From Camelus ferus (lineage: Eukaryota), in NCBI RefSeq assembly GCF_009834535.1, contig NC_045717.1, positions 26,164,001 to 26,228,000 of the forward strand: DNA of 64,000 nt, read 5' to 3'. The translations under genes and the position numbers were made by a program. Numbering within the stretch: the stretch's first letter is position 1; every line of letters begins with the position of its first letter. Below, piece after piece: positions 1 through 11,990 of this stretch. The notes beneath the pieces were generated by a model. It ran no database searches, was not told the origin of the DNA, and worked only from the letters and a program-made list of their open reading frames with translations.

Positions 1-3000
1 GGGTCTAGACCGCGTCCCTAACGTGAGTGCTGCCAGACCCGCAGCTACAGCTGCGGGGAAAGGCAGTGGCCGGAACTGGGGTGGGCAGGCCAAGGGGTCC
101 CCAGCTTGTGCCCAGCTCCCCCAGGGGTGGCTGCGCGGCCAGCCCGGCTCTGCAGCACGGCCTGGCACAGCACGCAGTAGTGTTTCTGTAAAGACAGAAT
201 TACACCCAAGGCCATTTCTAGAAGTAGTGAGGAAGGAGGCCTCAGGTATCCGCGCCCCAGGCACCGCCCCCATCTCTCCCCAAAGCCCCTGGACTTTCCA
301 GAATTCTCTACCTGGTATTATTAATCCCTGAGGCAGGCAGGTGAATCCTGGAAACTAAAATGCCCCCAGTCCCTCACAGGAAGATTCCACAGGCAGCAGC
401 AGATCTGAGGGAGGGGTCTATGGCCCCCACGGTCCCAGGCCTCTAGACAGGCTCCGAGCCACCGGCTGGCCCCGGGGTTCCACTCGGCCCACTCCCTGCC
501 CAGCCGCCCTGAGGTTCCAGCTGGGTCACCTATTGGACACCCAGTGGAGCCCTGACATGCACCCACCGGCATGGCCTTGGGACCACAACGAGCAGAGACC
601 CCACGATGGGCACAGTCCTGGGGGAGAACCACCAGTACTCCCCACTGCGGGCTTACTCTGAAACGGGGCCCTAGGGAAGCTGTGAGTCCCGCACCCTCAG
701 TGGGAAGAGCAGCCTGGCCTCTGGGCGGGGGAGACACCCCAGGGCAGGGCTGCGTCTCACTCGGAGTGGTGGGGGAGTCCAGGCAACGGAGGCGTTAGCT
801 TCAAGCACAGCTTTCTAAGACTCTTAAGATGCATCACAGATCCACGTGAAGTCATGACACGTAACAACAGGCATCTATGTCTACCAACAGCAACCCCACC
901 GTGACCCGGAGTGACCTGGGACTGGATCGGGCATCTGGGTCCCCTGCCCACGGCCGGCAGGGGAGGCTCTGAGCCAGCAAGAGGACGCCAGGCAGTTCTC
1001 CACCCCTCCTGCTGGCGGGAGAGGAGTCCCACCCTGCAGGCTCTCCAGGGGCGCCACCTGCCAGCCAGGCCCAAGCAGACCCCCAGCCCCTTCACTCACT
1101 GGGAACCTCCTCGCACCCCACACGGTCTGTGGGCTTCAGTCTCCCAAGGTGCAGTGAGGAACTCACCCCCGCGTGGAGATCTACACAGACAGAAGCCAAG
1201 AGCAGAACATCCATCAAGGGTCTGTTGCACCAGGTAACCCAACTTCTGACACTGGCTGAGAGGAGCTCACAGGAAGGGCCGTGTGACAGCAGGGGGCCCA
1301 GATCCAGGCACCGTCCTGTGTACAGGGGCACACGTGGGGTTCCCAGCAAGCAAAAGACGTGCCACCACCAACTGGCCTCTCTGAGAGTCCCACCAACCCT
1401 CCTGTGGACCCCCCACACCGCAGGGCCAGTGCCAGCGCAGCCTGGACCCAGAGCTCACGTGGGAGACGGGGCAGGAGGGAGAGGGGCCCAGGACACGGGA
1501 GGAGACGGGAGCCCACAGCCCCTTCCAGGTCCAGAGGAGCCTGGTGGCGCCCAGTGGGCACGGAGGTTCCCAGTAGCATAGGTATGTAGCTGGCCTCGTC
1601 AGAGCCCAGGGCCTTCTACTGGAGGTCACTCAGGCCTCACTTGCTCTTCTGCAGGACGAGGACTTGCGGGTCACCCAGCACAGGCTCTCCAAAGCTCCTG
1701 CATGGGGAGGGAGGGGTGGATGCGGAGCCACCGGAGGAGGGGCCCTCCCACACCACCAGGTCCCTTTCCTTGACCCCCTGCCTGGAAGACAACAGCAGGG
1801 TCCCCATCGGACGTGACGGTCCCGGCCAGACACCAGACACCAACAGCGCCCACGACACTAATCAGCAGGCAAGGCCGCTTCACAAGGGCCTGTCTACCCC
1901 TCAGGATTAAAACAAAGGTGGCCAACCACCACCCTGACTCACCCACTGACACCTGGGCCTGCAGGCTGGTGCCCCTGGCCACAACATCCCACACCCAGTA
2001 ACCTCCTTGGCCCTTTGCCGCCGCCTGCTAAGGCCTCCGTGGACCTCAGTGGGGGGCAGGGGCCAGAAACTTTCTGCCAAGACAGAAACCCAGCCCCACC
2101 ACAACCACCAGAAACCTGCTGCTCTGGGGGGGCCTGGGGCAGCTCCACAGAACGAGGCCTTACTGGGTGTCCCTTGAAGTCCAGGGGACATGCCATTGTC
2201 TCCAGGTACAGCCGTGGGGACTGGGCCTGTCCTGAGTGCTTGCTCAGGCACACCAGTAAGTCAGTCTCCAAGGACACAGGCGGCCCCACAGCTGTCTGGA
2301 CCGCCTCTGTGGCTGACTTCCCCACAACTGGGATGAGCAGATAAGGAGACTTTCAGTTTAAAAACAAAACAAACAAACAAACAGCTCACCTGCTTCCTCT
2401 GGCAAGCCAGAGCAGTCACCATGTGACTAGGAGACAAGAAGGTCCAGGTGGAACAAGACCGGCAGCTCAAGGGCTCTGTGTGCGCAGGGCCCTGCTGCCA
2501 CAGCTCAGCCCGGTAACGAGGCGCCTGTCCTCGAGCCACTTCAGAGAAACTAGAAAACCCGACATCGGACAAGAGGCCGCTTTATACAAGGTCAGACTGC
2601 GGACAGAAAAACCAAACTCGTGCCCAGTGACCACTGCGGACCACAGGGGATTGGCCCACCGCTGCGGTGGGGGCCCAGCCAGCTCCCTCCACATCTCCCT
2701 CGCGCCAGTCACCTGGGTCACACCTCCACTACCAAGTACAGCAGGCACAACTAGCCCCCTAGCCCAGGAGGTGCCCCCCTCCACCAGACCCCCAGCTCAG
2801 CCTCAGAGGCAGGGCCACAGACAGCACCACAGGGGTTGAACTAAACATCTGGGGCCCTGAAGACAGGGAGACCTACACGTGCAGGCCTGTGTGCGCTCCT
2901 GGGGGCGCTCCAGCCAGCCCCTGCCCACCTGCCTGTTCGTCTGCCTGCAGAGCCCAGAAAAGCCACAATTTGTTGGAGACACAGCAGATAAAAACACACT

Positions 3001-4442
3001 CCTGGCTATAACCACAAACTTCCCCCTTTCAAACCTGCGGCCCAGCTTCACAGTCTGTTCTCAGAGGCCGCCTCCATCTCCCCAGCAGCCACCCCTCCAT
3101 CGGAGCAACCCCCAGGCAGATAGTTTTCACCCAGAGATCAGAGCCTTTGCGCTTTCCCACCCATTTCTCACACCCACAACCTACAGGAGCCCCCAGGAGC
3201 TGGGAAATGCCACCTGAGTCTGCCCATGTCCCCAGGGGCAGGGACAGAGAGCCCCAAAAGTCCCACAGAATGGATGTACAGAAACCCCTAGAGTCCCAGA
3301 CACTGGCCAGGCCTGGGGTCCCTCCGTGGAGGGGGCTTGGGGAGAAAATGCTGGACTCCACCTATGGGCAGGGAACCTTCCAGGCTGTTTCCTGCAAACA
3401 ATGCCATCCGGAGGCCAAGGGAATAACCCAGCTGCCCAAAGTCTGCCCACGACGACGCCCTGGATGTCACGGCAGGGCTTTCTCTCAGGCCTGCAGCTCC
3501 GAACGTGAAAGCTTCCCCTGAGAAAACTGGGGCAGCGGGGGCAGGGGAAGCGCCGTCCCTCGGCAGGGCAGGGAGGGGATCAGTGTGTCCGCGCACACAG
3601 ACGTTGCACCCCCCTCCCTGATCTAAAGTGTTTCCGGAAAACAAAGCCGGTGGCGAGGGCGGAAGAGGGAGGCGCAGCCAGGCCAAGCGCGCCGGGAGTT
3701 CCTGAGCAGCGTCCACAACAGGTTCCCCAGACCAGACACCCTCTTGCTGTTCCTCTTCCCTGCCCGCAGCTCCCCGGACAAAACCGGCAGGACCACAAAG
3801 GGGAGAGTCTGTGCAACCAGCGTGGGGAGGAGCAACGGGTCCAGGGGAGAAAGCTGGAGGAGTGAGAGGACACAAAAGAGTGGACAGTGGGCTTGAACAC
3901 TGGGGGACGCTGAAGGAGGGAGGTGGGGTGGGGCTAAGGGACAGTGGGGATAACAACGTCTGTAGTGAGAAGACAGCGGGGGACACAGATCTGGAGTAAC
4001 AGTGGGAGACAGCAGTCTGGAGTAAGAAACCAGTGGAACAGTGAGGTCTGCAGCTTAGGAATCAGCGGGGGTGAAAGGTGACAGAGACTGAATTTGGGGG
4101 TCACTAGCGGCAGCAAGGTCTGGAGTGCAGGGAAAAAGGGATGAGGGCTTGGGGTCTAGAGTGTGGGGGTCATTGGGCTGTAGGAGCAGTGCGGTCGCAG
4201 GGTCGAGTGTGCAGGGGTCCACAGAAGCGGGGTCGGGAGTGTGGGGGTCCGCGGGGTGTAACGGAGGCAGGGTGCAGGGTTCCAGGGCTCAGGGGTCCGA
4301 AGTGCAGGGTGTAGGGGCGACAGGATGTCGGGTCTGGGGGTCCGCGGGATATACGGGCGGCAGGTCCGGGGGTCCGCGGGGGTGGGGCCGCAGGGCCGGG
4401 GCGCGTGGCCGCGACAGCCGGCGAGGGCGCGCGCGTCGTTAC

Positions 4443-4740
4443 CTGACGGCCTCCGCCGTGGCCGTGGCCGTGGCCGTGGCCGTGGCCCCGCGGCCCGCTG
4501 GCCGGGCTGGGCGGCCCCGGCTCCCTCAGCAGCGCGGCGCGGGTCCCCGCTCCGGACCCCTTTCGCGCTCCGGCTCCGGCTCCGGCGCCCGCTCCGACCC
4601 CCGCTCCCGCGCCACTGCCGCCGCCGGCCTCCGCATGTTGGGCGCGGGCCGTCCCCGCCGCGCGGGCGCCCGGTTCGCCCCGGTCTCGCAGCGTCGCCCG
4701 CGGCCCGCGCTTACGCCGCCAGCGTCGCGGGGGAGGGCCC
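4443..4740 (-). other. CSNK1G2: Non-coding exon 1 (5' UTR) of casein kinase 1 gamma 2; bases 1-4442 are intron 1
   Basis: Minus-strand donor CAG|GTAACG (exon ends 4443) inside a CpG island. Gene name rests on synteny with SCAMP4/ADAT3/ABHD17A/KLF16; no coding sequence is in the window. The 5' boundary is approximate. Confidence 0.7.
4457..4590. repeat. GC-rich hexamer tandem repeats in the CSNK1G2 5' UTR
   Basis: (CCGTGG)~5 at 4457-4488 and (GCTCCG)~4 at about 4567-4590, read directly. Confidence 0.8.
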
Positions 4741-6194
4741 GGCAGCCACTGCGCAGTCGCCGACGGCCGCGGGGCGCGCGCGTGACGTCACAGACCGGGG
4801 CGGGGCCCGGTGGCGCGCCCGCCGCTTTGCGGCAGCGGGAGGCGCCGCGCGACGACCGCCGCGCTTTGCGGCCGCCCCAGGGAGGCCAGGCGGCAGCCCG
4901 TGGGAGCACCAGAGGCGCGCGGCTGCTGGGGCGCGCAGGGGCGAGAAGGAGCCCGGCTATCCAACCTCCCGGGGGGCGGGGCTCCCGCCGCCCGCCCGAA
5001 CCCGCCCTGCCGTTGCTATGGCGACGCGTGGCCGGTCGCCCCTGACACCTCCCCACCGCGCTTCTGTGACGTCAAGGTCTCGCCACTTGACGTCACGACC
5101 CGGGCGGGGCCGCCGGGCGTGGTCAGCGCGTGGACCGGCCGACTTCCGGGGCGGGCGGCGGGAGACAGGCTGGGTGGGGCAAGGAGGGGAAAAGACTCTA
5201 GAATGGTGGGCAAGCGGCGTGGTGGCGCCTCTCCGCGTCCTGAGGCGGTGACATAAGCGAGGAGCCAAGAAGGGGTCACCCAAGGCCCTGGGCCAGCGGG
5301 GCCTTCCGGCGCGCACAGGCCCTGGCACGCGGCTGGCGCTCAATAAGTGTGGTCTTGACTGCTGGCTCGAGCACTGTCAGTCCACCCCGGGGCCAGACGA
5401 AGCTTGAGGAGGGGGGGGTGACTGGCCAGGGGCCCCGCAGTGAGGCCCTGCTCCTCGGACAGGGCCTGGCAAAGGGAGCCGGCCGTCCCCGCATGCCCCA
5501 GGGCCTCCTGCGGGACATTTTTACCATTGGAGGAGACTCATTCATTCATGTCCTTATGAAGTGCCTGCCAGCAGCTCTGAGAATAGAATGATGACCTACA
5601 CTCTTGGCATGGCTTCCCAGTGAGTCCTCTGTCCTGGGGGTGGGTGTGGACAGGACAGTAAATAAATGGACACGATGGTTTCAGGTGGTGTTACAAGGTG
5701 GCTTAGGGCAGAGTGAGGGAAGGCCAGACCCTAAAGGCTAAAAGCTAGATAGTCAGATGGGAGGAAGCAGCCAAAAGTGCGGGAGAATTTAAATGGAAGG
5801 GGACGGTGGAATGACAACGGTTTGGGGCTTCTCCCCCAGTCTTCCTCGTTCAGCTGCACTTGCAATGTCACCGCCTCCAGGAAGCCCACGCCAGTTCCCC
5901 CGTTGTCCTTTCTCACTGCATCCTGACCTGCTCCAGCCTGAGCCTTACCACAGAGGAGTGTGTGTGTTTCATATCGGCCTTCTCCGTCAGCCATGCCCAG
6001 CCAGGGACCGCATCTGTTTTGCTCACTACTGTGCCTGTTCCCAATGGGCACTCAGTCTGTGTGTTCACTATGTGTGGTGAATGAGTGAACACAAGAATCG
6101 GTGAATGAACCAACGAACCAACTCTACTGTCCTCCCAGATTCTGGAGAACTCAAGGTTTTATTTCTTCAGACTTTCCAGCCCCATCTCTCCACT

Positions 6195-6259
6195 TTTTTT
6201 TTTTTTTTTTTGTACTGGAGGCACGGGAGATTGAACTCACTGAGCTACTTCCCTCCCCC
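6195..6259 (-). mobile_element. tRNA-Ala-derived SINE (vic-1-like), internally deleted copy
   Basis: Minus strand reads GGGGAGGGAAGTAGCTCAGTG/AGTTCAATCTCCCGTGCCTCCAGTAC-polyA with the anticodon arm missing; TCTCTCCACT occurs on both flanks. Confidence 0.75.
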
Positions 6260-6847
6260 TCTTCTCTCCACTCTTGACGGTCATAAAAATCTACCCTTAG
6301 GTGCTCAACTCCCAGGGGAGCAGGGGGCGTGATGGCCTTTCCTCCAGAGGTATCTGAGCCTTGAACCTGAGCTCCAGCCTTGCCCCTGTAAAAGGCAGGG
6401 TGGCTTGTGCAGCTGAAAGAATGCACAAAGGCCACAGCTGGGGTTGTGCCATATATACATATATGTTGCATATATACAACTACTCCATTCTAATTTTATT
6501 GATGTTTATATAATAGTGAAATCCCCTGAAACAACCTAGGGTATATAGATGGGGTCCAACTTGGGGGAAAATAGTAGAAACACACTTGATTAACAGTTTT
6601 CACAACCTTTTAGACATTTTTTTTTTTTTTTGCCAACCGCCCCCCATTGTTGAGATACGGTGTAGGGGGACCAAGCAGCCCAGTTTACTGGGGTCTCTGG
6701 GGACCCGGGACTGTCTTCGCAAAAGCCACGAAAGGCCCATCAAACTAGGAAGGTTTGGTCACCTTAGTGTGGGACATATAATGTCCTACCTGTCACCAAG
6801 GAGCTCCACCCCACTCCTGGGGGCCAAGGCCTGGGCAAGGTAGAAGG

Positions 6848-7189
6848 TGGAATAGCATTGCCCCAAAATTAATATCCATCAGGAAGCTCAGAATGTGACC
6901 TTGTTTCGAAATAGGACCTTTCCTGATATAATTAGTTAAGAAGCGGTCATGCTGGATTAGAGTGGCCCTGAATCCAATGACTTGTGTCCTTAAAAGAAAA
7001 GGGGCACAGAAAGAGAGAAACCAGCCACGCAAAGACAGAGGCAGAGATTGGAGGGATGTGACCACAAGCCAAGGACACCTGGAGCCCCCAAAAGCTGGGA
7101 GAGGCAGGAAGGACCCCCCAAAGCATAAATAGTTGCTTTGAGCACCCAGTTTATGATGCTTTGTGACAGCCACCTCAGGAAACTCATAC
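6848..7189 (+). mobile_element. MLT1 (ERVL-MaLR) solo LTR
   Basis: MLT1 hallmarks: AGAATGTGACCTTGTTT..GAAATAGG, GAGGCAGAGATTGGAGGGATG, end ..GGAAACTCATACA. Confidence 0.75.
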
Positions 7190-7216
7190 AGATGTGGACC
7201 CAGATTTGGCCGCTTT

Positions 7217-7796
7217 TGTAGGTTGAACTGTGGTCCCCTAAAAGGTATACTGAAGTCTTAACTCCTGGTACCTGTGACTGTGATCTTATTTGGAAATAGG
7301 GTCTTTGCAGTTATGGTCAAGTTAAAATGAAGTCATAGTGGAGTGGGTGGCCCTAATGCAATAGCTGGTGTCCACGTCAGAGAGGGACACGTCAGGGAGG
7401 AGGCTACAGCTCAGTCAGCGGTGAAGCGTGCTTTGCATGCAGGGGTCCTGGGCTCAATCCCCAGCACCTCTGTTAAAGTAAATAAATAAACCTAATTACC
7501 TCCCCTTCCCCCAAAAACAAACCAAAAAAAAATCCAAAAAGAAAAGGGACATGTGGACACACAAAGAGCGAGGCCACGTGATGACACAGGCAGACTGGAG
7601 TGATGCGTCCACAGGCCAAGGTATGACAAGGATTTCCGGGGGAGAGACACGGTCCTCCCTGGCGGCCTTGGAAGGAACCAGCTCAGCCGACACCCTGACT
7701 TCAGACTTCCAGCCTCCAGAAATGTGAGGCAGAAAATTTCTGCGGTTTTAAGCCACCCTTTTTGTGTTAATTTGTTACAGCAGGCCAAGGAGACTG
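7217..7796 (+). mobile_element. MLT1 solo LTR interrupted by a SINE
   Basis: TGTAGGTTGAACTGTGGTCCCC start, CTTATTTGGAAATAGGGTCTTTGCAG, CTTCCAGCCTCCAGAAATGTGAG, TTTGTTACAGCAG near end. Confidence 0.75.
7395..7545 (+). mobile_element. tRNA-Ala-derived SINE (vic-1-like), long form
   Basis: tRNA-Ala-like head, B-box-like GGCTCAATCC, tail TAAATAAACCTAATTACCTCCCC plus A-rich run; nested in MLT1. Confidence 0.8.
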
Positions 7797-8249
7797 GGAT
7801 TTGGAACCAGGAGCCAGCTCACTCCAGGGGCGAGGCCGGGGTCCTGCCCCCACCCCGCCATGCACGCAGCGTGCTCTAGAAGATGACATACCCCTTTGCA
7901 TCTCTCGGTCCTCACGGCCACCTTCACTCCTGGCCGGGGTCTGATTCAGGGTCCCTGGCCACCCACCCGCCAGTTCAACCAGCATCTGCTAAGTTTCTGT
8001 AAATAAATTTACTCGGAAAAAGAAATTCCAATGAATTCCTGGCTGCCTCGAGACAGCCGGAGCTGGTTTCTCACGTTTGCGGGGAAGCTCTGACCTTCTG
8101 GGTGAACAGAAGCTGCTAGGTGGGAAAAGCAGGGGAGGGGGAGACATTCTGGGTTGTGGGCGAAGGAATTGGCTGATGATGGCTGGAGCCCTAAGAGTAA
8201 AGACAAAGACTGACCAGGCGACAAGATGACCCACCTGCGTGCCTGTTCC

Positions 8250-8627
8250 AGGTGGCCGTCACCAAGCACCCAGCCTGGGTGCCTTTGACAACAGGTTTAA
8301 TCACTCCCAGTTCTGGAGGCCAGAAGTCTGCAGTCCAGGTGTCCATAGACACTGCTCCCTCTGCAGGTGGGGGCGGGGCTCGGTGGAGGCTTCTCTGAGC
8401 TTCTGTAGCTCCTTGGCTGCAGCAGCATCACTCCAATCTCCCCCTGCATGCGTGTCTGTGTCCAAACTTCCCCTTTTACAAGAAAGTTAACCAGTCATAA
8501 GCGTTGGGTACCATCTCAATAGTTCCACAAGCATTGACACTACGGTCGCGTTCTGAGGTCCTAGGGGGTTGAGACTTAAAACAGAAATTTTTAGCCAGGG
8601 AGGGGGACACAGTGCAACTCATCACAA
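8250..8627 (-). mobile_element. MLT1 solo LTR
   Basis: Reverse-orientation MLT1 motifs CAGTTCTGGAGGCCAGAAGTC, CATCACTCCAATCTC, TTCTGAGGTCCTAGGGG. Confidence 0.65.
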
Positions 8628-9407
8628 AGTGCAAACACATTCCCACATGCTCGCACACGCACGCACATGCACACGCACGCTAACCTCAAACGCAAAGATA
8701 GACCAGCACCCACCATTCTCCACCTGAGGGCAGAGTTGAGTCCCCTCGGCACCCCCAACTGTGGAGGTAGGGGGCTGAAAATGTTTTTTTTTTCCTTAAG
8801 TTACAAAAATGTAATGAGTTTTTTTTTTTTAAGTGACATTAACGAGTGTGTTAAAATTTTGTGTCTTCAATCCTAATCTAGTACATTTCAGTATTTAGCT
8901 GGGAGAGGCAAGAAGGATGCCCCCAGGGCTCTCAGAGGAGCCTTGACCCTGGGACACCTCAACCTCACTGGTCAGACCATGTGAAGCTGTCCAGTCTGTG
9001 GCCCCTGTTACGTGGACCTTTCTGCCTGCCCCTGGCCTCTGGGGAGGTTCTGGGTCTTTGTTGATGAACGCAGAGCATCTGAACCCAAATTACACCCCAC
9101 TACACACACACACGGGTGAGCTTTCTTTGAGAGGGTAGGTTTGAGAAGAAACCCTGCTAATCAAACGTGATCCTGATCGGTCATTTTCTCTGCAGCAAAG
9201 TGAAATGACTATCAGTTGCCTTCTGTTTCCACGTTCTTACTCCTGGGAATTACTTCCATCAGGATCGATGCTTCTGGGTGAAACTAGTACTTGATCCTTC
9301 TATAAGACTGAAGAAAAGAAAAAAAAACCTACATCAATTTTCTAGTTCAGTTGCAGCTCTTGACTTCCACTGAGAACAATTTTGCCAGGTCAAATCTCAC
9401 ATCTAAA

Positions 9408-9560
9408 GCAGAGGGTCTCACCTGGGTGGTCCGTCCTGCCCTCGGGGGACACTGGGTGATGTCCGGGGTGGGGGCCAGGGAGGCTGCTCCACACCCCACA
9501 GCACCTGGGACAGTCCCCACAGAGATGCTCCAGACCTAGTGTCCACAGCAGGTGAGAAGC
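9408..9560 (+). mobile_element. MER20 (hAT-Charlie) fragment
   Basis: GGCCAGGGAGGCTGCTCCACACCCCACAGCACCTGGGACAGTCCCC resembles the MER20 core. Confidence 0.55.
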
Positions 9561-9944
9561 TGGCAACTGTTGGCTATGCATTAGCAGCAGGAACTTCCTC
9601 GCCCGCCAGCCTCCCATTGCTGGAGGTGACTCGTCCCTGCTCCTGACCCAGGGCAGGGCCTCCCTTACAGATCCTGCTGAGGAAGCTCTCAGCCCAGCCT
9701 CCCCTCCACGGGCCCTGCTCCCACCCTCACCTGCAGCCCCCTTGGGCTTTGTGCTGCCCCACCATGAACACGGTTCTCCTCCCATTCCAGGGACCTGGTC
9801 CCCCAAGGGCAGTCCCCTTGGTGCAGGGCTTGGCTGGCGGACACACCCGCCCAGGGCTGTCTGCTGCTCCGCTGCTCTCCCTCAGGCTCGTAAGGCTGAA
9901 GTTCCCCCGCAGGGGCTGCACCACGGCCCCACCTCCTAGAACTG

Positions 9945-10190
9945 GTGGGTCCTTTCAGATGTAATAAAGGTACAGATGACGTTGAGGTCATGCTGGAGGC
10001 AGAGTGGCCCCCAACCCACAGATAGTGTCTTGTAAGAGACAGAAGGAGACGCAGTGACAAAGAGAGCAGGATCCCCCAGTGGCTGGGAGAGGCAGGAAGC
10101 ACCCTCCCCAAAGCCCTGCCACGTGTCTGGATCCAGAACCGAGAGATAAATCCTCTTGTTTAGAGCTCAGGTCTGTGGTCCTGGCACAGT
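9945..10190 (+). mobile_element. MLT1 LTR fragment
   Basis: TGAGGTCATGCTGGAGG..AGTGGCCCC, GCTGGGAGAGGCAGGAAG, GAGATAAATCCTCTTGTTT. Confidence 0.55.
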
Positions 10191-10489
10191 AGATGGCTCC
10201 CTTCCCGACTCCCCCGGGGTCTCTCTCGCCTCCATACTGTTCTGTGTCCCTACATGTCACCTCTGAGCCGATGACACGCAAATCGCCTCCCCAGACCCAC
10301 GTGCCCACTGCCCCAGCACCCCATCAGGTCTCACTTTCCTTCTCTGCTCCCTGCTCTGCCCACCTGCCCCGGGAGACACAGCTCCTCACCCTCCAGGCGG
10401 GTCTGCCCGACCCGAATCACCCCCTACCCATGACACGCGAGCCCTATGGCACAGCGCCCGCTACCTCACCTTCCCCATAACCAGGAGGT

Positions 10490-10835
10490 GGCTGTAACCA
10501 AGCACCACAAACAATACGACAAACACGTCCCCTCCCAGTTCCAGGGCCTCGAAGCCTGAGATGAGTGTCTATCACAGGGCTGGCTCTTGCCCCCCTGCCC
10601 CACTCTCTCCCGGCTTCTGGGGTCACTGGCAACCCTGGCCTTGTGGCAGCATCACCCATCTCTGCCCCCATCTTCTCTTGGCCTGCCCTGTGTGTCCGTG
10701 TCCAGGTGTCCTCTCTTGTAAGAACAAGAGTCCTGCGGCATTAGGACCACCTGCTCTGATGTGACCTTGCCGTGACCAGTCACTCCTGCAAGGACCCTGC
10801 TCCAAATAGGCCCTGCTCTAAGGTGTGGGGTCAGG
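10490..10835 (-). mobile_element. MLT1 solo LTR
   Basis: GCTGTAACCAAGCACCACAAAC, CTCTTGTAAGAACA, CTGCAAGGACCCTGCTCCAAATAGG. Confidence 0.65.
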
Positions 10836-11303
10836 ACTCCATGAACCACTTGGGGGGCCACGAGGAAACCCAGGCCACTTGCTTTGGGCTCGCTCTCTTC
10901 CGCTGGTGGCCAAGTGCTCCATGGAATAAAAGACCTGCAGCCTTCCCTCCAAGTCCATGTGGGGGGTCCGCTGCCGCCCAGTAGGCCCCACAGTGAGCCA
11001 GGATGGGGGTCCCTGCAAGCCACACCCATCCCTAGTCCGGCCACCTCTACCATTACGTCTCCTTTCCGGCGAGGGGCGCTGGTATCCAGTATCTCACCTT
11101 CTGTAAACTTCCTTTTTCAAACAAAAACTGGGGAGCAGGAAGAAAATGAGGTGATTGAAAACAAGAAGAGGGCACCACGGTGGAGGCCACAGCTTGTCCA
11201 GCCGGGCAGGGGCTGCGGGCGGGCAGCCCATCGACCAGACCTCCGGGGGTAGACTCACCACAAACAGCCCCTGAGGAGGCCCACCTAGTGCAGGAAGGAT
11301 GTA

Positions 11304-11309
11304 TTTATT
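11304..11309 (-). terminator. Poly(A) signal AATAAA of SCAMP4
   Basis: TTTATT on plus at 11304-11309, about 1.45 kb downstream of the SCAMP4 stop codon. Confidence 0.7.
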
Positions 11310-11961
11310 TCCTGGATATTCTCACATAACAAAACCTTCAAGGTACAGCAGGCAGTGGGGAGCACAGGGTGGGGTGTGCGCACTGGGCGAGCCCCACAAC
11401 CTGGCCCCATGGCCTGGCTGACGCCGGGTCAACCGCTGTCACCAGTGGCATCCCGGTCATAGGAGACTCAGCCCTGAGGAGCGTGGCACCAGCCTCGGGT
11501 GAGGGGCCTGGGCTTCCCATCCCAGGAGGCCCTGCCCCTGGGGGACCCAGACCCAGGCGCTTTCTCAGGGCCATGGCCACCCTCGAACAGTGCGTGGCGT
11601 TCAGCAGTAGCAGCCAAGCGAGCAGGCGCGGGCGAGCAGGGCGGGTCAGTGGCCGGGAGGCTCCTGGGAGAGGCCGGTGTGATGGAAGGGGCCCATCCTG
11701 CCCAGGAAGCAGGGCCAGCGAGGGCCAGGAGGCTGCTGGGAGGGCTCTCCGGCCCATCCATTCACCGGGCTGCTGGCTGCTGCCTGGGAAGGAGCTGGGA
11801 GGACCGGTGGGGAGAGGGAGGAGGGACGGCTCTTTCCTCACTAAGGCACAGGTTTGTCTGTCTGGTTGCTCCTCCTGAGGAACCTCCCAACCCTGCAGCT
11901 CCAGAAAGGGCTGTGCCGCGGCCCTGCGCCTGGCCTTGGGGCATGCACTGTCTGTCGCCCT

Positions 11962-11990
11962 ACCTGGACCTGGACCTGGACCTGGACCTG
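11962..11990. repeat. (CCTGGA)4 hexamer tandem repeat in the SCAMP4 3' UTR
   Basis: CCTGGACCTGGACCTGGACCTGGACCTG read directly. Confidence 0.85.

Larger units (their letters stand above)
4300..5500. promoter_or_regulatory. CpG-island promoter of CSNK1G2
   Basis: Dense CpG. Full CRE TGACGTCA at 4783-4790, 5067-5074 and 5088-5095; RFX X-box GTTGCTATGGCGAC 5012-5025; ETS ACTTCCGG 5142-5149; GC boxes. Confidence 0.85.

Noticed and set aside
4125-4400. G-rich degenerate repeats and many potential G-quadruplexes across the window
   Set aside because: Ubiquitous in this high-GC region; none is distinguishable from background by sequence alone.
4125-5251. Long ORFs of 306 aa and 308 aa over the CSNK1G2 promoter
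   Set aside because: Low-complexity Arg/Gly/Ala/Pro translations expected from stop-poor CpG islands; no domain recognised.
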